From Parasitella parasitica NRRL 2501 (lineage: Eukaryota; Fungi; Mucoromycota): DNA of 64,000 bases. Shown here piece after piece: positions 39,500 through 51,354 of the stretch. The notes below the pieces were generated by a model. The model made no database searches and was not told where the DNA came from. It worked only from the letters and a program-made list of their open reading frames with translations. The stretch covers positions 70,962 to 134,961 of the forward strand of contig MU619300.1 in NCBI GenBank assembly GCA_025201805.1, in the 5' to 3' direction. Position 1 is the stretch's first letter, and the number at the start of each line of letters is the position of its first letter. Made by a program: the position numbers and the translations under genes.

Positions 39500-41074
39500 G
39501 AACTAAAGAATGAGGTGGTATGATGCAGATTCTACAGGATTCCTCCCTTAGGGATTCCTATTTGGTGTAGCTTAAGCCAACGTGAAGCCTTAATAACTAC
39601 AATGCTCCAACAGATTGATTCGGTCCTGGAGTTGCACAGTCAACGCCACTTACCTTTCTACGGCAAAACAACTATTGTCAATGTCCTCACTCTGATCAAG
39701 TTGTGGCATATCCTCCGTTTCACATTTCTGCCAAAGGTTTTCTTCCAGCAGATGCGCAACAGGGTCCATCAGTTCATTTACGGCAAAATGTTCGCCCAAA
39801 CTGAAAAATAGCATCGTCTACCTTCCTCGAGGCAAAGGCGGTCTCGGAATTTTTGACGCTGAAGTCGAGCAGCAAATCTTTCAATTTTGGTATATTAAGG
39901 CTATGGTTAATGATTCTTTATCGATCGTCAATGTGGTGCCTTCATTCTTGGTTCACCTGATTTCGGATTCCCTAAAACCCACCTATGCGGCTCCCTTTCC
40001 TACCATGTCTCTACTGTTTGAAGATTGGCGCAGACCAAGATCTCCATGAATAACCTCTTCTTTCCTACCGCTTCTAACTCAAGCTATAGATGCCTGTTTT
40101 CCTAACATGGATCATGCATCCATCTGGCTTCGAATCCCTCCTGCTCCCTCCTATTTACCTCTGCCTATTCGTGAAGTCCTTTGCTGCAATCCAGATCACT
40201 CAGATCCCACAATCCATTCGTCAAAACATCTCCTAACATTGAAAGTGTCAGACTTTTTCTTTTTTGGCTCGACAGATCAACTCTTACATTACCGTCCGCC
40301 CGCTGAGTATTCCTATCCATGCACCCTGCGTAAACTTCGCAAAAATATCACTGAACACAAGCTTCTTGTCCAGCGGTACATGGCGTTTCATTTGGGTATC
40401 ACGGCATCCCCCTACAACACATCCAGCACACATCAGACAAGTCATTAACAGCGCCTGAATTACAACCAACCGTTTCTTACCACATTCCCTACAATTAAAG
40501 ATCAATTTCTCTCCTTCTGCACGAACCACACCACCCGCCAATAGATCCTTTGTTCCAAACCACCCATCTCCCATGGTCGCTTCTATAACCCTCATATTTG
40601 CTCGTCTCGCTGTGTTTTCTGCAACCAAGTTGAAACCGCTGCGCATATGATCATTGCATGCCCTCGCAAACAGGACATCTGGCCTCCTATGCCGCATTTC
40701 TACTTGAGCAACTCGGCTCGTTTCTCCTTGCATCGCGTCTTCACAGACCTTGGCAATCTTACTCTTATTCCCTACCTTTTCCGCCCGACAGTTTCTTCCA
40801 TCACCATCTTTGACTTCTTTTCTGTGATTCCCTACCAAGTCTGGTGGGCCCATTTGAGCCATCACTTCGGCGCTGTTCCATTCATTCCTTAGCATGTTTT
40901 CCCTTTGATACACAGGGACCTGTTATTCCTAATCAAACAACAGCAATAATTATCTTTCTTTTGCTACTATTTTGAGTTGTCCCTATTCTGTACACCACTC
41001 AATCCTAATTTTTTTTTTGAAATTTATTCATTTAACCCCTTTCATAAATAAAATCTTCCTCTCACAAAAAAAAA
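39500..41074 (+). mobile_element. 5'-truncated degenerate L1/Tx1-type LINE (RT C-terminal part, zf-RVT, poly-A tail)
   Basis: LGIPIW...HSQRHLPFYGKTTIVNVLTLIKLWHILRF, YLPRGKGGLGIFD, RCVFCNQVETAAHMIIACPRKQDIW (CCHC, ~40608-40682), AATAAA and an A9 run at 41066-41074. Confidence 0.85.
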
Positions 41075-41203
41075 GTATCTCATTTTTCAACGCAATGGAA
41101 ATTCTTTATCACTGAATCAAAGTTTAAACCAACTATTTTATTCTTTTTTCTCCTTTGATTATTTGTCTGTCCAAAAATTATAGCATATTCAAGAAAATGA
41201 CAA

Positions 41204-43240
41204 TCTCTATTTTACTTTCTATTTTTACAAGTTTAGCATTAAAATTACAAAAAAGGAACTCTTGAACTGAAATTCATCATTATTATAAGCAACAATGGTA
41301 ATAGGGCTTCCCTGTCACTAGCTATTAGCGACTTGTGAATTATTCACAAATAACAAGGGGCCATTACAGCAAAAGACTGTGTTCATAAATTACCCTCTTC
41401 TGCTTCAACACCTGTTTTATCATATTACCGTAAAGAAAGGTATACTTGTGGCACCAAAAATATTTACTTTATAGAGCTGTGTCATGTACTAAAATTGATA
41501 TTGGCGTGATATCATCTGCAAATAGATATTTTTTACAGCTTACAAGCAAGAAATTGAGCTTCCTGTGCCATTTATTGATTGATTTTGATAATCAAAAGTG
41601 CCCTGATTACACCGGAAATAGTATCCATTGGGAAAAAACAATATTATATGTGATTTTGGTGCAATTTGAGCATGATTTTTTTTTCGATGCAAAATGACCG
41701 ATTTTTTTCAGTTTTTTCCTTGTATCCACACATCCAAAATCATCAGTTATGCATTATCCTCAATTTTGACCTCAAAAATGAAACTTTTTACTATAGCATA
41801 TATTAGAGGAAAATGGTCGCAAAAGACCATTCCTTGATCTGAAAGACTGGAGATGCGCTCTGATTAAGCAAAATATTGACTTTTCTCGCTTGATCTGTTT
41901 TCGAAGTTTTTTCGACAGAATTCCTTCCATGAACATATGGGGATTATGAAATGATACCATCGTGTAGAGCGCCCAGAACTACAACTATTATCATAGAACG
42001 ACAGCCGTGGTATGCATAGTATCCGAGGATGATATCTTGCCTTAAAAAAGTAATTTTGTTCTCAAATTGTACAAATGGAGTATCTGAAAGAAGTTTTCCT
42101 TCCTTGTTTTGGACGCATTTAATCTCCGCTATCCAAGAAAAATCAGTGATTTTTGAAGGAAGTATTAGCTTTGAGAAGCCATAGCTTGCCCAATTAAAAA
42201 GAAAAAGAGTTGCAATTTAATCTATTCAAATGTTGTGTTTCTTGGCTTTCTAATAGTAGTACTTGCATGTCTGTAACGAGTCTGACGATCTCACGCTCCC
42301 ATTTTGAAAGATCCTTTTCCGAAAAAAGTCTGAAAAGTTGTTACCTTCATCTGATATCAACCCAAAGAGCATAAAAACTTGATCTAAGCTATGCAAATAT
42401 GTAATCAAAAAGTGCCTTATAGTCAAATTAATTACTTTGAATTACTTTTTTTTTGTGCTTGAGATTACTAAGCATTGTTTTCTTACAGTTTTTGTCTTTT
42501 TTCTAATAATAACACACTGAAGTTCGCGTAGACCAAAAAAAAAAAAAAAAAAAAAAAAATCAAATGCCTAAAATCTATGCTGACTTTGCAGAGACACACA
42601 CTTTTGAAGCATTCCAATGATATGGAAAAGAAGGCACAGGTTTGACTAGCTGTTCTACTGTGCAACTGGATACGCAGAATCCAGCTTGGCACTTGCCTGA
42701 CAAGACCTTCTACACTAGAAGACGCCAGGTCAACTGAAGGTATAAGGAAATGCCAGAGAGAAGGAAGCAATCTGTCACCAGGATAATATACCCATTCATA
42801 AAAAAATAATCTGTATAGAAATTTATGAAATTCCAAGCACATGTAAATGAACCTTGCTGTCCGCTCCTGAATCCATTTAAAGATCTTAGATCCAAAGTCA
42901 ACAGACATACTCACACCCAGAATCACAAATGTTTGTCAACAGGCAACCGTAAACTTTTCTAGAGACTATTTTGAACTCCAAGGTATGATGCAGATAGCTT
43001 ATTTCACAACACATTCTCTTGATATTTTCACTACGAATGAAACAAATTAAAGCAATTACTCTTTTTCTCTAAATATGGATATCCCCACTTGAAATCTTTC
43101 TAGGGAGCCGTTTCTCTTCTTTCAGAAACTTCTTGGCTTTTATCAGAAATAAATGGTTTTTTTTTTACCAGAAACCCTGATATGTATTGCCACAATCACC
43201 GTAACCTTTATCATTTTCTTGAATTTTTCTTTAGGCTGCA
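41204..43240 (-). repeat. ~2 kb non-coding repeat, copy 2 (inverted relative to 19440-21423)
   Basis: Colinear reverse-complement match to copy 1, with a near-identical core (~41500-42100) and more diverged flanks. Confidence 0.9.
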
Positions 43241-43284
43241 TGACAAAAGCAGGAAAGAAGAGTCACTGTCAAAAAAAAAAAAAA

Positions 43285-43294
43285 NNNNNNNNNN
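43285..43294. other. Assembly gap (10 N) inside a poly-A run
   Basis: nnnnnnnnnn flanked by A tracts. Confidence 1.
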
Positions 43295-43380
43295 AAAAAA
43301 AAAAAAAAACAAGAAAAATTTTGACATCCCAAATCAGTTGATCACTTTTTCGCTTCCATCAAACTAACATAGCACAAAGA

Positions 43381-45413
43381 ATGTCGAGTAAGCTGGAAAC
43401 CCTCCTTCAATGGTTCCAAGATAACAAGATTGAATGGGATAAGGATGCTGTGGAGATCAAGGAGAAGGATGGTTCGTTTGGTGTTTATGCGAAAAAGAGC
43501 ATGAAGAAGGACAATGCAGGCAAGTTAAATGGAGGTAAATTTTCGAGCTTTCAGGCCAACAGTTGTGTAGTTGTCAACATCCCCAAGGAAAGCATTTTGT
43601 CCATCAAGACAACTGGCATAGCCAATCTCTTGGATGAAGCTAATTTGGAAGGCGGATGCCCTCTTGCTTTGGCAGTTTTGTATGAAATCGCTCAAGGCGA
43701 ACAGTCTCCCTGGTTTGGCTATTTGCAAGCTCTGCCCGAACATGGCGAAGATCTTCCCATATTTTGGGAGGAGCAAGAAAAGGAATGGTTCCATGGCACT
43801 GAAATGGAATCTGCAGTTCACAATGATTTGGTATAGTAAAAGGACAGCATAAAATGCATTTTACATACTTAATTGCTATTTAGATTGATCTGGAAGATGA
43901 TTATGAGGAGCTAATTGAACCCCTTTTGGAGGCACATCCTTATGTTTTCAACCGTGGCACCAATTTGGATGACGATCCTTACTCCTTTGATAAATTTATC
44001 AAAATCTCTACTTTAATCTCCTCGCGTGCGTTCCAGGTCGACGCTTACCATGAGAACGCATTGGTACCTTTTGCTGATATTTTCAATCACTCGGGTAAAA
44101 ACGAACATGTTCATTTTGAAACTGAATTCGAAGTCTGTGATGCTTGTGGGCAACTGGAATACTGTGAGCATCAATATCTCAATTATCTGGATGACAGTAA
44201 TGCTGAGGAAGGCGAGGATGCCGGATGGGAGGATGAGGATGCTGATGAGGGTCGGGACATTGACGATTCAGAAAATGACGAGCTTGAAGATTTGGGTTTA
44301 GACACTGAATTACCTGATCTGGAAGAACTGGAAAATGCTGGTGTTGATTTTTACAACGACAATGATTCTGACGAAGATGAAGATGAGGACGAGCAAAAGA
44401 AGGATACTTGCGATATGGTGCTTGACCGTGATGTGCAAAAGGGCGAAGAAGTCTTCAATACATATGGTGACCATCCCAACATTGCCTTGCTGAGCAAGTA
44501 CGGCTTCTGTTATGACGATAACAAGAATGATTTTGTCTCCATTACTGAAGATTCACTGGTCGAGTGTTGCCTTGCCATCACAGGTGAACTTTTGAAGGGC
44601 GAATTCTCAAAGGCCTCTGCCAAAGAAATTGAAAAAATGGCTGTTGACCGTACTAGACCAAGATGGGAGTTCTTTTTGAAAAATGAGCCAATATTATGTC
44701 CTTCTGAAGATGATGATGAACATCAAGACGGAAGAGATGACTTCGATGAAGATTGCCAGGATGACTGTTGCGGTCCCGATGACCACGGCGATCATGATGG
44801 CCATGAACACGATCACAGCCATGGACACGACCATTCCCATGATAGCGATTCAGAAAAAGAGCACAAACACGATGAAGAAGGTGGGTGTTGCGGCGGTGGA
44901 GACGACGAAGAAAAGGAGCAATCTCGTCCATATTTCATCAACTATGAAGGCCTTTTTGAAGATAAACTCATGTGTTTGCTCCACATCATGTTTGTCAATG
45001 AAAAGAAATTTGCCACATTCACTCAGGACGTTGATAACGCATTAGCTTACTTTCAAGACGTCGCCAATGGCCAGGGTGAGAACAAGACCAAGGCTGCGTC
45101 TGATCTCAAGCGCAATATATATCAAGTATGTAATGCCCTTGCCGAGTTTAGACGTCTTGAGTATCTTGAAGATGGTGAATGGGTGCCTGTTGAAAAAGAC
45201 ATTGAAGAGCGCAAGAAATGTGCTGATAATTTAAGAAAATATTACGCTATGACATGTCGCATTAGCGAAAAAAAAATCATTGAAAGAGCTGTTGAATACT
45301 ATAGTGCATTAGTCAAAGAATATTCACAGCCTGCTGCTGTTTCCTCAACAAACAGAAAAGGCAACAAAAAGAAGCCAGCTGTTAACAAAAAAAACAAAAA
45401 GATGAAGTTATAG
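43381..45413 (+). CDS. SET-domain N-lysine methyltransferase (Rkm3/SETD6-like)
   Basis: FGVYAK, VNIPKESILS, LALAVLYE...SPWFGYLQALP, ISSRAFQVDAYHENALVPFADIFNH, HVHFETEFEVCDACG, GEEVFNTYGDHPNIALLSKYGF. Confidence 0.9.
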
Positions 45414-45640
45414 ATAGCCCCTAGTTGCGTAGAAACGAGACGTGTACAATATAATTAAACCTCATATTAAAAAGTATTCTATTGCCCGTTTTGTGTATAT
45501 ATGTGAGAATACCATAAATGACACAATACCAGCACGCGTTGCGACATTTCAGATACACTGGACATTGTACTTTTTTTTTTATTCAACATTGAATCATTGA
45601 AAACTGTAAAAACTTATTCATAGAAAATGTGAATGTAGGT

Positions 45641-47977
45641 TCAGATTTTAGAAGGCTTGAAACCAAGTCTTTGTTGACCTGATTTAGCTCTCTCTTCATG
45701 ATATCCTGCGTTGGTGATTCTAGCTCAAAAGTTAGTAGTCATGTACTTGATCCCTAGTTCAATAGCATTGGACATACTTTCTGTCAAGGTAATAACATGA
45801 TCGTTTCTTTCTATTCGTCAAAGTTATAGCTTCAAGAGCATCGCCTAAAGCATGATACTTTTTGATATGGATCCGATAGCTATTTGCATGCGCAAACTTG
45901 ACGTCACATATGCAGCAGTAATGGTTTGGATCAAGAACATCTGGTGAGACACCAGGCTCAAGAGGAGGCCGTGGTTTCAGGGCGCCAGGTCGCCTCTGGG
46001 GGATATCCATAAAGTGCATCTTGTTCAAATGAATCAAATAGCTTGATCTTTGAGTGTAGCCTCTGCTGCAGTATGCACAAAAGTAATCTGGATCATTCAT
46101 GTCAGGCTTTCTTGACTCGACCGTAATGTCATCAACAGCAATGCGAATACCTGATGCGATGGTTAGATGACGGCATATATTAAGCATGCACGCATACCTG
46201 GCGATTTATCGAAAGGAATGTCCATGTTGTGAACTTTTCTCAAGTGGTATGTATAAACCAGTTTTTGAGAATAAAAGACATTGCACACACAGCAGTAGTT
46301 TTGGGGATGGTGGATATCTGGCAGAGGGCCATTGTATGCTTTTCTTACTTTTTCGGTGCTTAAGGCGAACGGAAAGTTCATCTTGTGAGTGCCTCGTAGA
46401 TGGACGTGGAATTTGCCTCTATCTGCATAGGTGATATTGCAGACACTACAGTGAAAATCAGGGTCATTGACATCCGGCGGCGGACCCTTGTGCTTTAAAA
46501 TAGCTGCTTGACAGTATCCCACTACGTACCACGTGTTAGTCATTTACAGCTTTCTAAAACGACTCTTATGATAATACTTGCAGTTTTTGTGATTCTGAAG
46601 ATATTTGCGCGATGGGTTTCTGACATTATTTTCAGGTTTCTCCATCATATTCCTCCTTTCTTGCTCCTCCATCTCGTCTTCTTCAAGATCCAACTCGGTA
46701 GGTGACTCTCCTTTTCTGCGTTTGTGGGCTACTCTACCCAGCTTTATCTTTTCAGCGCCATGATGCAGTTCATTGTGATGCTGGAAACGGTCGTAGCTTT
46801 CGTATTGCTTTTGGCAGTGAGCGCAGAATAAAGATGCGTCTGTTATCTTGGGCTGTGGGCCGTAGTTGAGAACAATAAATTTGCGTTCCTCAATGTTGAT
46901 ACCGTGCTTCATGTTGACATGGTTAAAAAACGTTTTTTGCTTGTCAAAGGGTTTAGAGCAGACTTTGCAGCAGTAGTTGGGGTCAAAGATGTCTGGCTCA
47001 AGTCCATCGTGGATATTTTGAAGCAATACTTTGATTTGGGACAAGCTTAAATCAGTCTCAGGAGCAGCAGGCGGTGATGACCGCACAAAACGCAGTTCAT
47101 CATCATTGGGTTCACTTTTGACTTTGCTTTGATTTCGCACTTCTACAGCATTAGCTTGTTCTTCGCTTGTCGTCTCTTCTGGATCAGGCTTGATAAGTCG
47201 TCTGGAGGATGAGCTCAGGTTATGACGAGGATTTGCAGACAATGGAACCTTTTTCTTTGGACATGTAGGTGCCTTGGGAGCCTTGGATGCACTGGGTTCT
47301 CTGGGTGCTTTGAGTGTTTTGGGTGTTTTGGGTGTTTTGGGTGTTTTGGAAGTTTTGGGTGTTTTGGGTGCTATGGTCGCTTTTGAATCGCTAATGCTCG
47401 TGCTGGCTGTTGTTTCGATTTTTACTTTTACATTGTTTTCAATAGAAGGCCGAGCAGGAGGTTCAGCAATCGGTTTGGGCAATTTAAAGAATTTATTAGG
47501 GTCAAAATGTCCAGTCGAAAAGAAATCAGTGATCTTGCGTACTTTGGGTCCTTGAGCAGACGTAAGATTAGACGTCTCATTCAGAGCAGTCGAGGATGAT
47601 GACTCACCGCTATCCCTTTCAAGGATATTCTTGGTGCATGCAGTTTCATCCGTTGGCACTTTTCGTACATTTTGAATCAATCCAGGGATGGAAGGTGACT
47701 TCATGACTGGTAAGAACATGGGAGCAGGCACGCAAGGGCTTGATGGGCCTCTCTGGATATCAACTTGAGAAAGTGATTCACTGATTTGCTCAAAATCTTC
47801 TTCTTGTATCTCTCGAGAATCAGGCCTTGCTGTGGTGCGTCTTTTCGCGACAGGCTGTTGCTCTGCGTCGTTACGGGTCCGCTTTAACGCCGAGATAGCA
47901 TTGCTCAAAGAAACGTCAGGTTCAATCTTGACGCTTGACGTTTTGAACTTGTCTGTTTGGTTTGATGCTGCTGTCAT
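45641..47977 (-). CDS. Multi-C2H2 zinc-finger protein, 4 exons (first intron GC-AG)
   Basis: Six PD-x-x-D/H-P-x-x-x-CxxC...H-x4-H type fingers spread over ORFs 46544-47977, 46163-46543 and 45759-46187. The ORFs join in frame through short introns. Confidence 0.85.
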
Positions 47978-48199
47978 GGCTGATGTTGGAAAAAAAAAAA
48001 GCAGCAGAAATTATGGCTGGCAGTGTCCTCTTTTTTTTTATGCCTTGTTTATGTCAACAAACAACTCTGGCTGTTGCCATGAATCAAACCCCATCGTACG
48101 TCATTGGTCGCTTACAAAAGTGTGGTTTTCAATTGTGGGCACAAAAGCAGACAGACTCCTTTTTTAATCTGATTTTACCCTTTTCAAAAAGAAACAAGA

Positions 48200-49128
48200 A
48201 TGTCGAGCACGATTCAAAGGTTTTTCGGAAAGAAATCGCCAGAAGAACTTGTAAGTAGTTTGTGAAAAGAATCCCCTCCCCCCAAACAAGGAAATGTAAA
48301 AAAAAGCTTGGCAAATACGTAGGTAAAGAAATGGAGGCAAGAGATACGTTCACAGCAGAGACAAATAGCCAGAGAAATACGAGCCATCGATGCCGAGGAA
48401 CTGAAAGTCAAAAAATCAATCAAACAAATAGCAAAGAAGGGAGACATCAAAAACTGCAAAATGCTGGCTAAAGAGTTGGTGCGCTCTCAAAAACACAAGA
48501 ACCGATTGTGCACCAGTACAGCACAGATGAATTCTATTATTATGCAATTGGAAAGCCAACTGGGTAAGAGCCATCTGTAAACACATGTCTGCAAAAGCCA
48601 ATCGATCAACGTTTTTTTTTTTCGTATAGCAACACTCAAAGTCGCCGGATCAATCCAAAAGAGTGGAGAAGTGATGAAGATGGTCAACCAATTAGCTAGA
48701 CTGCCCGAAATCTCAAACAATATGCAGCAGATGTCCATGGAAATGACAAAGGTGAGCTGAAGGACATGGCTAGTCAGTTTGACCGACTATTTATGCTTTT
48801 GCGCTAGTCTGGCATCATGGGGGAAATGATTGATGATACAATGGATATGATGGATGATGATGATATTGAAGAAGCAGCGGATGAGGAGGTTAATAAAGTA
48901 CTGTTTCAAATTACAGATGGCATGTTGGGTGAAGCTGGATCAGTCGGTCCTGTACTTGTCACTGCCGATCAAGAAGACGAATGGGAAGAAGAGGAAAGTC
49001 CTGAGCTGAACTCGATGAAAAAGCGTCTACAGGTAAAACAAAATGGGAATTTTAAAAAAGTGGCAGGGTTTCTTATGTCTTTTTTTTTTTTTTTTTTTTT
49101 TCCCTTGTAATAGGCATTAAAAGGATAA
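48200..49128 (+). CDS. VPS24: ESCRT-III subunit Vps24/CHMP3, multi-exon
   Basis: [111 protein letters not shown]. Confidence 0.93.
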
Positions 49129-49466
49129 TAAGATATAGGAGCGAATCTATAATCAAACTTAATGACTTTGAATCCGGCTCATGCTGCCAATCACCCTTTG
49201 GGATATCTCAATTGTTTATAAAAGAGCTATTGTAGAGCAAGCAATCAATAAATCATCGAATTCTTTATTTCCTTAGTATTAGATACTCTATTTTTGATTA
49301 CTTTATTGACATTGTCTTTACGATAGACACATCTGTTAATCTTTGTTAACTCCATCCCTACAACCTTCGGGGTCCTTGTTAAACATTTAAAGCACACTTT
49401 TACACTAAAATTTGTCAAGACGCTTGGAGTGATTAATCACATATAAAAAATTATATGTAAATTTTT

Positions 49467-50525
49467 TTAATTCGATACATTTCTGACCCTTATATGTACG
49501 TGGGTATCTGTATCATTATAAAGATTATTTTTGAAAATGACGGTGCCATTTTGATAATTGATATGATCCAGGATACACTCCTTAATGTCATATTCTTTGT
49601 AATCGTAAAACATGAGATCGTAAACTGGTACTTTTTGGAGCGCATCAAGCACCTGAATATAGCAATATTTGATCTGTTCTTGATCTTGGTCCTGGTTTTC
49701 GTCTATACAAGTCATGTCGATGATGGCCGTTTCAATTTTTGAAAACTTTTGCGCCGCGTATTGAACACAATTGGGCCAGGCACCAAAGTTTTTGGCTTGG
49801 AGAAGCTTGAGTGAATCGAATTTGTTTGAGCTCTCTGGCAAATCGACAGCTATCTCGTTGAAAGGCGGCTCACAATGGTAAAACTTTAGTTTATCTAACG
49901 AGCGTCTTTCGTCTTGTGAATGGCAACTGTCTATGGCGCGATCCAATTCCGCATAGCAGTTGACATTGCCTCCAACAACAATTGATTTGAGACATTTGAA
50001 TTCATCCAGTTTCCGATTGTCATCATCCTGTCGAAGAGAAATGTATATTTCTTGCAACCTGTCTTTGAGGTGAGGAACCAGCAAAGTGTACTCAAAGGGA
50101 GGATCAAAGTTAGGGTGAGGGATAACAGCCAACTTGCTAAGCTTGTTCTTTTGATTTGTGATCAGTTTCAACAGTTGGCCGTAGCATGCATCGTCATCAA
50201 CCTCTCCTTCCAGGACCGTCAAGTTTGGAGTCAAGGCAAATAAATCCCAACAATTCTCCGTGAATGCTTGGTCAATGTACCATGGATAGTTGTCAATGGA
50301 CAGTTTTTTGATCAATTTCCCATTCTCTGGATATGTTTTCAAATGATGGTAGAGTCGCAAAGCTTCTTCGCTTGAATTGAGGACAATCGGCCTCCCAAGA
50401 ACACTTGGGCTAGCGATCCTATACCATTCCGCGCAGACTAGTCTGCATTGGCATAATTGTGCAAGTGTGTTGACGTAACCAAAGATTTCAATCAAAATTT
50501 CTGCAGGCAAGGAATTGTTTGACAT
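49467..50525 (-). CDS. F-box domain protein (intronless)
   Basis: SLPAEILIEIFGYVNTLAQLCQCRLVCAEWY F-box at the N-terminus. Confidence 0.85.
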   Translation of the reverse strand: MSNNSLPAEILIEIFGYVNTLAQLCQCRLVCAEWYRIASPSVLGRPIVLNSSEEALRLYHHLKTYPENGKLIKKLSIDNYPWYIDQAFTENCWDLFALTPNLTVLEGEVDDDACYGQLLKLITNQKNKLSKLAVIPHPNFDPPFEYTLLVPHLKDRLQEIYISLRQDDDNRKLDEFKCLKSIVVGGNVNCYAELDRAIDSCHSQDERRSLDKLKFYHCEPPFNEIAVDLPESSNKFDSLKLLQAKNFGAWPNCVQYAAQKFSKIETAIIDMTCIDENQDQDQEQIKYCYIQVLDALQKVPVYDLMFYDYKEYDIKECILDHINYQNGTVIFKNNLYNDTDTHVHIRVRNVSN

Positions 50526-51354
50526 GAGTTGGTATTTGGAAATACAAAAAGTATTGAATAACCAAAATAAACAAGTGCTGCATATTTATATACACCTTAC
50601 AACTGGCTGATTCATCATGGCACGCCTGTTTACAATGTCATCATTGTTGCAAACACAGGTAAAAAAAAATAAAAAAATAAACAATAAAACCATCGCAATA
50701 GTTGTATAATAAAACTTGCAGCTTGCATGTATATTCAGTTCTTCAGACGCCTGTTATACTCGACCTTCCGGACAGAATTACTCTTTTCCACTAAAAGCCT
50801 CACCCCTAATACAGGCCTGTTACTGTACGAAAGCTTTGATAATGATGATAATAATAATTGTATATCCCATGTCAGACAAAGGCCAGCTCTGCGTCATGTG
50901 CATTGACCTTGGACGCTGTATCGTATGACAAAACCACACCTTCTTCAAGTCGTCGTGGCCCCATCTTGATCAGGAAGAAACAATATACCACTTTTTCCCG
51001 GCGATTAGTAAAATACACAATTAACACAGGCAGTGATACATGGTACATTTTTCGCAGTGTGGGAAACAGAAATACAGTACAATCTACCACACGCATGATT
51101 GTATAAAAATGAATTTTACAAGTGTTTATACATTCTGCAATCAGCATCTATGGATTGTTTGCCAGCTCAATGGACGCTGCAAATACAGCGGAACGTATTG
51201 ATTGAATTTGATATATGCTATACTGTATCCAATATGGCCAGCCAATCGTCGAATTCGGACAAAAGGAAAATTAATGCAACTACTTTTGCTATAAATTTTG
51301 ACCCTAAAATTCTCAGCTGGTTCCTCTTTACCCTTTCAACAACAAACTCTGCAG

